Positions 1 through 14,269 of a stretch of 64,000 nucleotides of DNA are shown one piece after another. The position numbers and the translations under genes are program-made. Numbering within the stretch: position 1 is the first letter of the stretch; each line of letters starts with the position of its first letter. This DNA comes from Eledone cirrhosa. Its lineage: Eukaryota. Below the pieces are notes generated by a model. The model saw only the letters and a list, made by a program, of their open reading frames with translations, ran no database searches and was not told the origin of the DNA. The stretch covers positions 4,960,001 through 5,024,000 of the forward strand of contig OZ024755.1 of assembly GCA_964016885.1 (NCBI GenBank), in the 5' to 3' direction.

Positions 1-2
1 CT

Positions 3-3000
3 CAAAAGAAGAAACTTGAACATCAACTCCAAGGCAAAACTGGAACCACAAGAAATTTAAAAAGATTTGAACGCAGAGAAGAAAAGGTTTGTAATTCACT
101 TTTAGCAGCCCCAACCAACCTTATTTTTCTACCAGTCCCAACCTTACTTTTTTACCAGCCCCACCTTACTTTTCTACCAACCCCACCTTACTTTTCTACC
201 AACCCCACCTTACTTTTCTACCAACCCCACCTTACTTTTCTACCAGCCTCACCTTACTTTTCTACCAGCCTCACCTTACTTTTCTACCGGCCTCACCTTA
301 CTTTTCTACCGGCCTCACCTTACTTTTCTACCGGCCTCACCTTACTTTTCTTTCTATTTCTAGCGCAAACACAAATACAATGAGAACAAGTTGAAGGCTT
401 TGAAAGCACGAAATGATTACCTGTTGTGTATAGAGTCTGCAAATGCTGCCATCAATAAATATTACTCTGATGATATCACAGACCTTATGGATGTAAGTAG
501 AATAAAACAATTTCACACTTATCACTGTTATCATTATCATTATTATGCAGGGTCAATAAAATAAAGTGCCAGTAATGTGCTGGGGTTGATTTAATCAACT
601 TCCACCTCACCAAAAAAATTGTTGGTTTTCTGTCTAAATCAGAAAGCATTATATTACTACTTCTTGACTTTGCCTTTCATCCTTATGGGGTCAATAAAAT
701 AAATTATGTTGTTATAATTCAATATGGTTGTTGTATTTCTTCTAATATTTTCCATGAACATTTATCCTAAAAATATTTCTACTTCTTTTTCTCCCTCCAA
801 CAGTGTATGAATTTTGGTTACCACAGTTGTGTAGCTCGAACTATGAAAATGTATCTTTCGTCCCATGAACAGTTACGTAGCTCTCACCAGAGAGCAATTG
901 ATCGATTGAACCAATGTATACAAGGTCTTGATGCTCGTGCAGACAAACAAAAGTTCCTTGAGTTACACAATCCTATGTTCATGTTACCGAAAAAGTTTGA
1001 GTATCAACCGTATAAAGGAGATGAGGTGAGTGATTATATTCTAGCAGTAAATTTATATAGCCATTATGTAGCTCTATCAACTTCTTCTCTCCTTCTTCTT
1101 CGCCTCTTCCTCCTCCGTCTTCTTATATATAATTAAAGTAAATGTTTGAGAAGCTGACCCTTTCCTCAATGTATTTTATAAACGAATGTTCAAATATTTA
1201 TCTGTGAACCTTGCAATAAAAATGCACTGATTGCCCGGTTAGTTATGACTCACTCTATATTTAATGTCTTGGCTATGAGGACTTCATGTTTTATTAAATA
1301 TTATTCTAAAATAAAATGGAACTGAAATTATTTAGTCTTGTTTTTAATGATCTTATATTAATATTTTTCTTTTTTTTTTCTTTTTCTATTTAGACCCGCT
1401 CTATCAACGCAGTTGTGGATGAAATGACCCACCGCTGTGAAACTTTAAAGGTCCGATTAGAAGGAGTACATTTAGAAAATGATGAAGTTAGTAAAGAGTT
1501 ATTATTTATCTTGTTTGTGTAAGATTTACTGCTGGTATTCACACTGCTATAGATTTGACAAGAAACCACTTCACCTCGCAGGGCTCTCACCTGCAGGCAG
1601 CCAACTCCACTCCGATAACAGGGAGCGGGGATGTGGTCTGGGGGGCCAAGAATACTGGAAGTCTCCACTGCGACAGACTCTATCACAAACCTATCACATG
1701 AGCAGGGATGTGGTCTGGGGACCAAGAATGCTGGAAGTCTCCACTGCTAGAGGCTCTACCAAAAACCTATCAGAGAGCAGCCAATACTTGGACAAAATAG
1801 CTTATAAAAATGACATAGGTGTTGATGTGTTTGTCTTCAATTTATATTTAAATTTCTTTCATCTTTTAATGACAGCTATGGAAAACCCTTGAGACTGCCG
1901 AAGACTCCCTTATGAAAATGATCTCTGTGAATGATCACGATGTGACACTTCTCTTCCTATCTGATAACCCTCCTCCACCAAAGTCTCCACATGAAGCTGC
2001 TAAACACAAAGCAGATCGCTTGGAGACAGAATCCTATTATCTTTCAGTAAGTTTTTGTTTTTTACTTGTTTCTTCCAAAATCTTTAATCCAGAATCTGTA
2101 TTCAGTTTAAATTAAACAGATTTCATGTGTTCTAACTCTTCAAAAATAATCCTATTTTTTTTCCTTGTCTTTTAGTTAATATTTATAAAAATCAATTTTG
2201 TTATTGATTTCAGTATGTCATATTTCATTTGGAAATGTAAAATTGTTTGACTAAATCTCTATAAAGATTATTATGATAAAATAGTTATTCTTAAAAACAG
2301 TTTTCTTAAAGTTGTCTTGAATAAGTTTAGTGAAATTATTATCATTTTTTTTTTTTACTTTATAGAAATATTTATTTTCCCCATGATAGAATCATGTTAG
2401 CCATTTAATGATATGTGTTTTTGTTTTAATTATAAGTGTTCTAAAATTGCATTTTTAATATATTATAGAAATTTAAAGAATACACGCTTAGCTGTAACCG
2501 CCTTGCTCGGTTACAATCAAAACACAGTGCTATACAGAAGGCTGCTGGTGAAGGCATAAATAATTCAGGAACCATAATGCGGTAAGATCTATTAGATATA
2601 AACTTCTTTATAGAATAAAGTCAAATAACTATTCCAGTCTTTATAAAAAGTGAAATCCACAATTTTATATATATATATGCAAACAAACAATAACTGTTCT
2701 TCCTTGCTAACAGGGAAAGTGGATATTAAACGACATTGTTATACATATACAATAACTGTGGACTGAGCGCTTTTTGTTGTGTCTCCTACACAACCACTTT
2801 ACAGTATGGACTGTGGTGTAGTCATTGTGCTGTTTTTTACATTTCAAGACTGTCTTACTAATGTGGTTTCATATGATACAGGAGATTAAGAGTTAATGTG
2901 ATGTAGTTATAGTGTTATAATAATCATCATCATCATCATCACCGTTTTACGTCCGTTCTTCCACGCTAGCATGGGTTAGACGGGTTGTCCTGTTGTGTGC

Positions 3001-6000
3001 AGTGTCTGGTCGGCTGACCATGCCTTGCTCATACAGGAACTGATCTGGCTTGATTTCTACAGCTGGATGCCCTTCCTAACACCAACCTCATTTACAGTGA
3101 GTGCTGGGTGCTTTTTCGTGGCGCCTACACGTCCACTTTACAGTGTGGGCTGGGTGCTTTTTTGCCGTGGCACCTCCACGACCACCTTGCGGTGGGGGGT
3201 GTGGGGGCATATTGTTTATATGCTTCAGCATATACCCATGGGAGGTCGGGTACTCTGTATTACTGCGTGACGCCAGAAGTTACGGTCGTGTGTCATTGTC
3301 TTTGAGAGGTGTAGTTGGGTAAGGTCAGGTTTTATCACCTCATCCCAGGTCATCTTGGGTCTCCCCACTCCGCGGTTACCATCAACTTCTAGTGCTCTGC
3401 ACCTTTTTATGCAGCTGTCATCCTTCATATGCATCACATGTCCATACCAGCGCAACCGCCTCTCCTGCACACAGCATTTGATTCATGATAATAATGAAAT
3501 TATTGTGTAAAGTGATCAGGTACACTACGTCAAAGGTGCATGTATAGTACATAGAATAATATACAAATGTCAGGGAAGTGAATAGTGTATGAGTCATGAT
3601 ATACATGTGTGTATGGAGGGGGAATATTAGGTGTAGTGTTGGCAAATCTCAGGAAGCATGGAGGTTTTAACTGATGCAGGTAGTTTGTTCCATGCTTCAG
3701 CAACTCTGAGCGTGAAAAAATGTTTCCGAAAGTCATGGGAACTGTGCTGTTTTCTGACTTTGTGGGCATGCCCACGTGTGTTAGACACATGGAAATTAAA
3801 AAGGTGTTCAGGATTGTTGTTGGCAAGATGGTTAATCATTTTTGTTTTGTTTTATACATATCAAGAATGACTTACTAATGTGGTTTCATATGGTACAAGA
3901 TGTTAAGAGTTAATGTGATGTAGTTATAGTGTTGTTTTATACATATCAAGAATGGCTTACTACTGTGGTTTTATGTGGTACAGGAGATAAAGAATTCAAT
4001 TTTTTCCTCTTTCTTTTTTTGTAATTTTAATTCAACTCTTCTTTATTAACAGACCTTTATCATTCCGAGCAAAACCTAAGAAGCGTCGTATTGGCCGTAC
4101 ACCACCTATAGGACAGCCAAAATTATTTGGAGGTAGTTTGGAAGAATACATTGATGTAAGATCTTTATCATTTGAATTGTTGTGAGATGTAGACTTAACT
4201 TTCTGGAATATAAAAATATTCTAAATAGAAGATGGAATTAGTTCACAGAAAATCTACCAAATAAAGGGTTGGAAGGACTCTTTAGTTTTTTCAAAGATGA
4301 GAACTTTCTTGGTGTTGATGATCTACATGATAAACACACCCAGTACACTCTGTAAAGTTCTTGGTGGTATGAAGAGATTCCAGTTGTACAAAAGCTGCCA
4401 AACAAGGGTTTAAGAGGACTTGTCATCTGTTTCAAAGACATGACAACCTCCCTAGTGCTGGTCTTAAAAATGTCTGTCTTGAACTCTGCGGTTCATCAGG
4501 CCAGTGCTTATTCCATTGTATAATGTAATCTTAGATATACTATGACAGGGTGGTCATGGCAGAAATTCCTTTGATCATAGCTTTTCTCTGTCAAAGCTAA
4601 TCTGAAGGTAGAAATTAATATTTCTACATGATTATAAATATCATACTTAAAATAATGCTAGTTAAAACAACTTTTAATATGTTTTTTTCTCTTTTATTTA
4701 CAGAATACAGGAGAAGAAATTCCTCTGATTATTCGTAGTTGCATACGTGTTATAAATCTTCACGGTAAGTCATATATAGTCTTAGTTATATTCTGTTATG
4801 TACAAGTATATTTTATTCACAGTTGTATAAATAACATTACAAATTGTTCACAATTCTTTCAGAATGAAAATATAAACACATATATAAACACATATAATAA
4901 ATACAATTAACTATTGCTTGGAACCTTACAAATACAACGGACCAAAATATATGATCAAAGTGAGACAGAGAAAAAAGGAAAACAAAAACGACCATCAATT
5001 CACCACCAAATGCAACAATCGACTGCACATATTCTGTTATATTCTGAAGTTGATAAATTAAGCACCAGTAATATGCTAGGGTCTTTTAGTTGATAATCTC
5101 TCTCCCCATTTAATTTGTGACCTTCTACTAATTGTACCTGCATCAGTTGTTAGCTGTCAGGACACTGCATCCTTCAAAACATCCATGCTCCCCAAAATTC
5201 GCCAACACTACACCTGATATTCCTCCTCCATATACACGCACACATGTGTCTGTGTATATCATGACTCATACACTGTTCACTTTCCTAACATTTGTACATT
5301 ATTCTATGTACTATACATGCATCTTTGATGAGTTGTACTGCACCCGAGCACTGTACACAATAACTTTTATTGTTACATATATTACATGTTTCATTTATAT
5401 TTTGTATTATCCAGGCATTCATCATCAGGGTATATTCAGGGTATCTGGCTCTCAAGTTGAAATCAACGAATTTAAAAGTAGTTTTGAAAAAGGTGAGATT
5501 TAATGGCATTTTTTCTTTTTCTTCTTCTCCACCACAATCATGTTGTTATTTTTTTCATCCATTTTTTTCAAAAATTGCATGGGTTGTTATTATTATTCTC
5601 TATTTTTCAATTGTTCAGGTGAAGATCCCCTGATAGATATGGTGGATGCTAGTGACATTAACTCTGTGGCTGGTGTGCTCAAACTGTATTTCAGAGAACT
5701 CCGCGAACCTCTTTTTCCATTGCATTTATTTGATGAACTGATTAATTGTACAAGTAAGTCACCTTTTTTTACCATTATTACTTTTCTGTTACCGTTTATA
5801 CTCAAATATAAGCTAAGGATTGTGTGACTATAATGGTCAATTGCTATAAATAATAGAGAAAATTTGGGGGGGGGGGGGGGGTGAAGAGAGATGCCTGCAA
5901 TGAATCCAACCTTACATCTCTGAGATGCCAGATCAGTATGTTACCCACTACACCAAAGAACTACTGACCACCAATTCCATCTTTTTAAGTCTCTAGATAA

Positions 6001-7833
6001 AAGTGCTAATAACTGGTTAACTTAAAAAGTAGATGTAAAAATACTGAAGATTATATTAACCCATTAGCATTTAAACTGGCCGTATGTGGCCAGAATTCTT
6101 TCAGCCCTTTCTGTTCAAACTGGCTGTAACCAGCTACTCATACTTATAATAGATAGTATCAAAATCTCGTAGATTCAATATTATGTGAGATAAAGCCGTT
6201 ACCATGAAAATACAAAAGTATATATACTTTTTGCCACAGCAAAAAAGCACCCAGCCGACACTGTAAAGTGGACGTGTAGGCGCCACGAAAAAGCACCCAG
6301 CACTCACTGTAAATGAGGTTGATGTTAGGAAGGGCATCCAGCTGTAGAAATCAAGCCAAATCAGTTCCTGTATGAGCAAGGCATGGTCAGCCGACCAGAC
6401 ACTGCCCACAACAGGACAACCCGTCTAACCCATGCTAGCGTGGAAGAACGGACGTAAAACGGTGATGATGATGATATAGAGTAATGTAAACACTAAAGGG
6501 TTAAATTACTTTATGACACTTTTGTTTTACTTTTGGTTAAATCTGAATTAATTGTTTTCTCTTTTCAGGAGTAGATGACACCAATACGCGTATTGAAAAG
6601 ATTAAAGAATTAATAGCCACCTTACCCCGATCCATCTTTATTGTAATGAGATATCTCTTTGCTTTCCTAAATCAGTAAGTAATAATAATCACCAGTGGAT
6701 TATTTTTTTTAAAGTTATTATTATAGTTTATGAATGGTTGTGCTCCATCATGGCCTCAGCCAGTCGGCTCGAACATGTAAAAAGATAGCAACTACATCCA
6801 TGAAAAGAGAGACCTTGAGGGTATCCTCCAATGAGGATATGATAGCCCAACGCCCTTCAGTATAACTAGTTCACAAACCTCACTATGTCTTCTCTATATC
6901 TCTTCTCTCACTGGTACTATGGTCTCCTCTTTATATGCAATGTTTTCACTTGAAATCCTTTTATCATAATTTTATTTAAGAAATTTTTTGTTAAGTAATG
7001 TTTTGAAAAACAATATAAAAAATACATAACGTTTCAAAGTAATTTCCCTCCTTAAAATGACTTTATTATCGTCTCCAGTCTGTCAGAATACAGTGATGAA
7101 AATATGATGGATCCTTACAACTTAGCCATCTGCTTTGGACCAACTCTTCTTCCTATCCCGCCTGACAGGGACCAAGTTAGTTATCAAAGCAATGTAAATG
7201 ATCTCATCAAAACTATTATCATCAACCAAGAAGAAATATTTCTCAATGATGGTGGGGAGGTTTATGAAAAATGGATTCTTGATAATCAGTAAGTAAACTT
7301 TTTATTTTTATTTTCTTCAAAGTTAAAAATAACACTCAATTTCAAAAGTAACTAGGTAATATTTTTCTTTTTTGTCAAATATAGTTACAAAGATCCTTTA
7401 AATATAGCTACAAATAACTTTTAAATATAGCTACAAAAATCCATTAAATATAGTTACAAATACCTTTTAAATATAGTTACAAAGATCCTTTAAATATAGT
7501 TACAAAGTCTAATCCATTCAAGATACATGTAATTCTAGAAATATACCATTTCAATATATCTAATATCATTTAGTGTTTATATTACATTTAGCACTAGTAG
7601 CTATATCTTTAAATCTATTATTTAGTATTTATGTTACATTTAGCTCAACTAAGAATACCTTTAAATGTTATGGTTTCTGAAATGTTTTGGTTTTAAAAAG
7701 AAAATTTTATATTCTAGGGATAACATAGATGGCAATGAAGAAGACGAAGTAGGTTCGTTACCGAGTGATGAAGAAGGTAATTTGTTTTGTCATTCAATTG
7801 CTTCTGTCTTCCAACTTTTCATATACACTCACC

Positions 7834-7874
<41 letters not shown>

Positions 7875-10800
7875 CATTTATCTACTTTTCTATGTATAAG
7901 TGTGTGTCTGTGTATCCAGTTTACAATAGGTACACCATATCCTTGTGTGCTGTAAGAAGCAACTAAAAGTGTTGGTGTCAAGAAAGGCATCCAGCTGTAA
8001 AACATTGCCTCAAAAACTCCCACCCAACCCATACCAGCATGACAAAGTTGACATAAAAACAATGATGTTGGTTGATATGTATCTGTCTGTCTGTCTATGC
8101 CTGTGTATTGTTATGTTGATAGTCTTGTGTACAAACCTCTCAGCATTTCCTGTTATTTTTTAAGCCAAAAAACAACAATCCCAGCTTCTTTCAGTTTTAC
8201 AGTTAACTAACATTTCCAGAAATCTAAAAGCCACTTTTTTTTTTATTTAATAAAAGACTAGCTTTTAAATTTAATTTGGAAATTTGATTGGCTCATTGCA
8301 CAGAAAACCTACAATATTTAGTGAGAGAGAATGGGTGGTGTAACTTTTTGAAACCCTACTGAAAGTTTACTATTTTCTCTCATTATTTTCTTATGTTTCA
8401 TTCTTTCTCTTTCGTGGCACTACTAATAGCAGCATGTATCTTGCAGTGTTGCTTCCACACTAAATATGGTTCTAGTCAGTGCTTCTGCTACTAAAACTGC
8501 TCTATTTATTTAATTCTATCTTTCCAACCCTTTGTCCTTGTTTCTCAAAGCTTTCCTCTAAAACAAACTTACCTATACAGCTTACCTATGCTATATAGCT
8601 GCCTATATTGCTTAATTCTCATTTCTATGTTCGTATTTTGTTGCTCAAAACCTGTCAACGCCAATTAACTTTTAACATTTTAATTACATTTGTTAATTTT
8701 AAGTTTTGACAAGTTTTTGTTTGTATTTATGAAAATATCCTTTTGGTTGTTTTATGAATAAATTTAATATAATTAACATAAAAAAGAACTTTATTCTTCA
8801 ATTCTAAAATGACAAATATTAATAGATCATATAAAAATCATCGCCAAATAAAAATGACCACATTAGGTTTACCCCTTTAGCATTTACATTACTCTATATT
8901 TATTATTGTATTTTCACAATAAAGGCTTTATCTCACATAATATCGAATCTATGAAATTTTGATATTATTTATTTTGAGAACAATACCTTAACATCAGTAT
9001 GAGAGGCTGGCTATGGCCGATTTGAACAGAAAGAAGTGAGAGAATTCTGGCCAGTTTAAATGCTAAAAAGTTAATGTATTTGGCTTACAATAGGGACACC
9101 ATATTCCTCAAAATTATAAGAGGTAACTAGAAAGGTTGGCATCAGGAAGGCCATCCAGCTGTAAAACATTATCTCAAAGGGGACCCTATAATAAATATGT
9201 AATTTGTCAAGGGATCTTATACTTTTTGACATTCTTTGATTTATTCAGTTTAGAATTATTCAAATATTTTTGTAAGAATTTTGTTTTACTCACATTGTCT
9301 GGAGAGGAGATGGACTCTGCCAGGTTTTAAATGCCCAAGAAACGCTGTATGTCACTTTGGTGCCTTTACAACTCCATCAATAGTTATGGGTGCCAAACAT
9401 ACAATTGTATGGTACATAAAACAACCAGATTGTTTCACATATTTCTACAATTTGGTTTGCTATAACTTCAATATCTACACTGAATTCAGTCTTTCTTATT
9501 TAACAATAGAGTTAGTAGTAATACTGTATTTCATTGAATAATTTTCATATATGAAATTAAATTTTAAATTGGATCTTTATTGCTCAGAAAATACAAAAAA
9601 TATTGTTAGAAATAAAATGGTTGACTTTTATAAAGGGAGTTAACTATAACTAATATCTGGGTTACTGGTTTTGGTTAGAGTGTGTTTTTGTATTACAAAC
9701 TTCAAATTTTCCGGCTTAAATAAATAGTTGATATATATTGATATAATATTCGTAATTTACTTCATTAGGAATTTATATAATTAGCTAAATAGGTTTCCTT
9801 GATCTATCTTTACTAACACATAGATGTTTCTATAAATAACCAGTTTCCTTTATTGCACGAGTTTGTTGTTTTTTAATTTGCATAATAAACAAATTAATGC
9901 TTTTCTTCTATGCCATTTACTTACTCCTCTAACATTTTGAATGATGATTATTTGCCTTTCTTGCAGCCTCCATCTGTGGTAAGCTGGAATCCCTTGGAAG
10001 CATCTTTATAATCCCTTTTTTCCCCAGCATGTGTCTACACCCGTTCTCCTCAATACAGCTTAATGCCAACCAGCCTTTCTGTGTTCATTGTTTCATTTTT
10101 ATATGTTTTAGGCAACTGAAAAGCTTTATTGCTCATAGGAAAATTATAAATATTTGTTTAAATCCTCTTTTTTTAATTTTATATAAGTCTGTGGTGTGTG
10201 TGCATGCAAGTGCACTTTACTTTACAAAAATACTATCATAGAAAGTTAAAATATATTATTATGTCCAAACAATATTTAAACTTATTAGTTTGGCTAACGT
10301 AATTCATATTTCACGAGATAGTGTTACATTATTAATGTCATTTGAAATATATTTCAAATAGCTCAGAACTGAAAAGTCCTGAATGAAATGAAAAATTTAA
10401 ACAACAGAATCTTGCAATATATCGATAATAGATTGAAACTTGACTATATCATATTTTTTCTGTGTGCATGCATGTACATTCCTCTATGTGTTTGTATGTA
10501 TGAGTGTTTAATAATGAATATGGTGAATCTAGATAGGAAGTTTAAATTCTGTTGTCATAACTTCACTATTCAGATAATAACTTTAAGATAAAATTAAAAT
10601 TTGGTTTTACGCTCTAACATAGCGGATATGTAAATTTTAATATTTGGCAAAGCCAGCCATAAAATCGCTTGGTATGCAAATTAGGCTAATCAGCCGATGT
10701 ATACTTTAGAGAATACTATATATTCTCAAGAGTTATAGTGAGTGACAGAAGAGAGATACACAATCTTGATAAAGGGCAATAACTCAGAAACAATATTGTC

Positions 10801-13800
10801 ATCGCTAGAACAAAAAGATGGCGATAGTCATCTAAAAATCATAGTGTAATGAGGCTGTTTGTTTGCAAACGACTTGAATATTATAATTATTTGATATAAA
10901 ACTCACAAATGCTACTTTAAGATAAACAAAATTGCTGCAATTACATTTCTCATCATTCACAGCTACAGCTTAGGTTTTCAGCTGCTTAAAAAGTCATTAT
11001 TACAAATTCTATTTTATATTTTATCTATTCAAAATATTTTGGTATAAATTAAATGGATCTGATCTATATATATTGTGAAAAAGAAAGTCAAATATATGAG
11101 ACCTGCCAGTTTTTTTTTTAATCTAACGTATATACTTGTATATAAGTACCCCCAGCTATAGGCGAACATTCAAACCCCATTTATATACCGAGGCAGCTAA
11201 CAAACACAGTGTTTAGATAGTGTATATAAGCTAACTTCCCATTTTATCATTGACTTTTTGGTCACATTATTCCTCATCTTATATTCGAGTATATACAATA
11301 TATCTCTGTAAGTTTTGTTTTAAAGCACAACATTTCTTTTCTCCTCAGTTAGAATATATTTTCTGTTTTATATTTCATTTTAAATCTGAACTTGATAGAA
11401 AACATGTTAATTAAATTTCAATTTCCTTTGATATATTGAATTAAAGAGACTCTTCAGTGTATCAAAGATATGGCCACCTCCCTAGTGTTGTTGATGGTCA
11501 AGATAAACGTATCTAGTTCACTCTGTAAAGTGGTTAGGGATAGGAAATACATCAAGCCATAGAAACCCTGCAAAATAAAAAGGGTTGGGACAGATGTTTC
11601 ACCTGTGTCCAACATGTAAAAACCTCCCTAGTGCTAGTGTCATGATAAAATGTATTTGGTACAACACCAGGTTATATGTAAGTGAGATGTAAACTTCCTG
11701 CCCGTCTGAGAGGTCAGTTGCCATGCTTGAGTACTGACTCGACATGTGGAAATCCATCCAACCATTACTCACAAGGAAAATGTATGTTAAATGATGATGA
11801 TGATGATGGTTGTTATTTTATTTATTTTTGCTAAATATAATTGACATGATGAATATAAAAGCTAAATTTTTCTTCTTTGATATGAAACTAAAGAAAGATA
11901 CTAATATACATTGCTACACCCCTTTTAGAAGTACCCCCTATTTAATTAATTATTTGTATGTACCCAGTTTAGAATATGTATACCATATCCCTGTGTAGTG
12001 TAAGAAGCAACTAAAAGCAACTAGTTAGGGCAGGGTATCTGGCTGTAAAACATTGCCTCAAAATATTGCCTCTCCAATTCAGGCCAACATGGAAAAGTGA
12101 ATGTAAAAACGATAATGATGATGATGGCTACAAATTTTCAAAACTATAAATCTATTTTTTTTAAAGCTAATTCTTTCTTTAGTTTGCCCACTTCGTGACT
12201 GAGTGATTTAGAAGTGTTTTGGTTTAGTACAGTACTAATTAAATCAAATATATACGTAACATTGTAGATATTAAAAAGTCTTTTGTTCTGTTATTTTATT
12301 TGGATGTTTTCATAAAGAATTTTATTTAAATATTTACTTATTTTCTTCTCTTATCGTGCTTTCATTTCCAGCCTTAGTTAACAGCCTGGTGCATGGCAGG
12401 CTTCACAAAGTTCACTTGCTCATGATACACTACATGGGTGGGGAAATCAATCATTTGTTAAATATTATTGATTTGTTTTCAAACAGACATATATAATCTT
12501 TTATTGTTTTACTAGATTTCAGTCATTGGACAAACAGGTGTGTTGGGACACCGCCTTTGAGGTCTTTAGTCAGTTAATGTGGTATTTTATTTATTGACCT
12601 CCAATTATCAATCAAATTAACTTCTAACATCCTGTAATGATTTATGCTGATACAGACCTGGGCTGGGCCACGCTTGAAATGCCCAAGAAATGCTGTATTC
12701 CACTATGGCACCCCTATGACTTCACCAGGAGTCACGGGACCTTACAAATGATTTAGCAGAAATATTTTTAGTGGTTTTGTTAATTTAAATGTCTTTAGTA
12801 TCTTTACTAGTGGACAGATTGTTGTGAAAATTTACAGTAAACTAAAGTAAAGATTTTAATATTTAATGTGAAACAGTCATAGTTCTGTTCAAGAATATCT
12901 TGCCAATGTGGTTCTGTTTGGTACAGGACATTGAGTTAATTTAGCTTTTTGATTTGGGGATGGTGCATGTGCTTTGTTCTATTGGCAATATTGGTAACAT
13001 AACCATCCCCAAATATAACTATATATATATATGTGTGTGTGTGTGGGTGTATCATCATTATTATCATCATTTTTGTGTCAACTTTTCCATACTGGCATGG
13101 ATTAGACAGGACATTTTCAGTTTGAGGCAATATTCTTACAACCGGATGTCCTTCCTGGCATTAACCTCTTTAGTTATTCCTTACAACACCCAGGTATACA
13201 TTGTACCTGTTCTAAACTGGATACATAATGTTATACATCATCAGCATCATCGTTTAACATCCAATTTTCCATGCTTGCATGGGTTAGACGGGATGTCACA
13301 TCTTGCTCATACAGATCTGTATTTTGGCTGGGTGTCCTTCCTAACACCAACCACTTTACAGTGTGGACTGGGTGCTTTTTATGGTAGCACCAAAATTACC
13401 ATCTAAGAGGATGAACTGGGTGGTTTTTGTTGTGACACCAGCACAATCATCTTACAGGGTGGACTGGGTAGTTTTTGACATGTCACCAGCAGAACCATCT
13501 TACAGGGTGGACTGGGTGGTTTTTGTGTCACCTGCACAACCACCTTACTGGGTAGTTTTTCACGTGTCACCAGCACAACCACCTTACTGGGTAGTTTTTC
13601 ACGTGTCAACAGCCCAACCACCTTACAGGGTGGACTGGGTAGTTTTTGTTGTGTCACCAGCACAACCACCTTACTGTACAACACATTTTCAAATATATTC
13701 ATCATAACAGTGGAAGAAGATATATTTCTGTGAAAAATTAAATAGGGGCTTTTCAGTTGCTACTGAGAAATTTATAGGCATGTGCTCACATCCCCCTATT

Positions 13801-14218
13801 TTTCATTCACACATTTTGTGTCAATAATTTGGTTCCACTCCACCCCTTCATTTATTTTTTCTTTTCTTTTTTGCTCTTTTGGACTGTTTTCCTGAGTTCT
13901 GCCTGTATTTATTTTTCCACTCTGGTATTATGTGTGTATTTCCATATACATGTGTATGTATACAAGCGTGTATGTGTGTATATATATATGTATGATGTTA
14001 CATGGCCTACTGATTTTGGTGCTGAACTCACAATTATTAAGTTGTGGGTTTTGTTCCTGGATGAGGTGGTGTGTTGTGATCTTGAACATGATACTTCATT
14101 TCACATTGCTCTACATGGTACAAGTGAGAACCCTATCATTAAAACCCTGAGAAACCACCTGTGAGTTGCAATCTCGTATGGGAACAGCTAAACCTGCATA
14201 CGTGTCAGCTTTTGTTTT

Positions 14219-14269
<51 letters not shown>

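Noticed and set aside
4470-4510. Minus-strand CTGATGA as another hammerhead
   Set aside because: No correctly placed GAAA, stem III or closing stem I.
12954-13707. 150-aa, 114-aa and 100-aa ORFs
   Set aside because: They lie in SINE copies and a SINE-derived tandem array within an intron.
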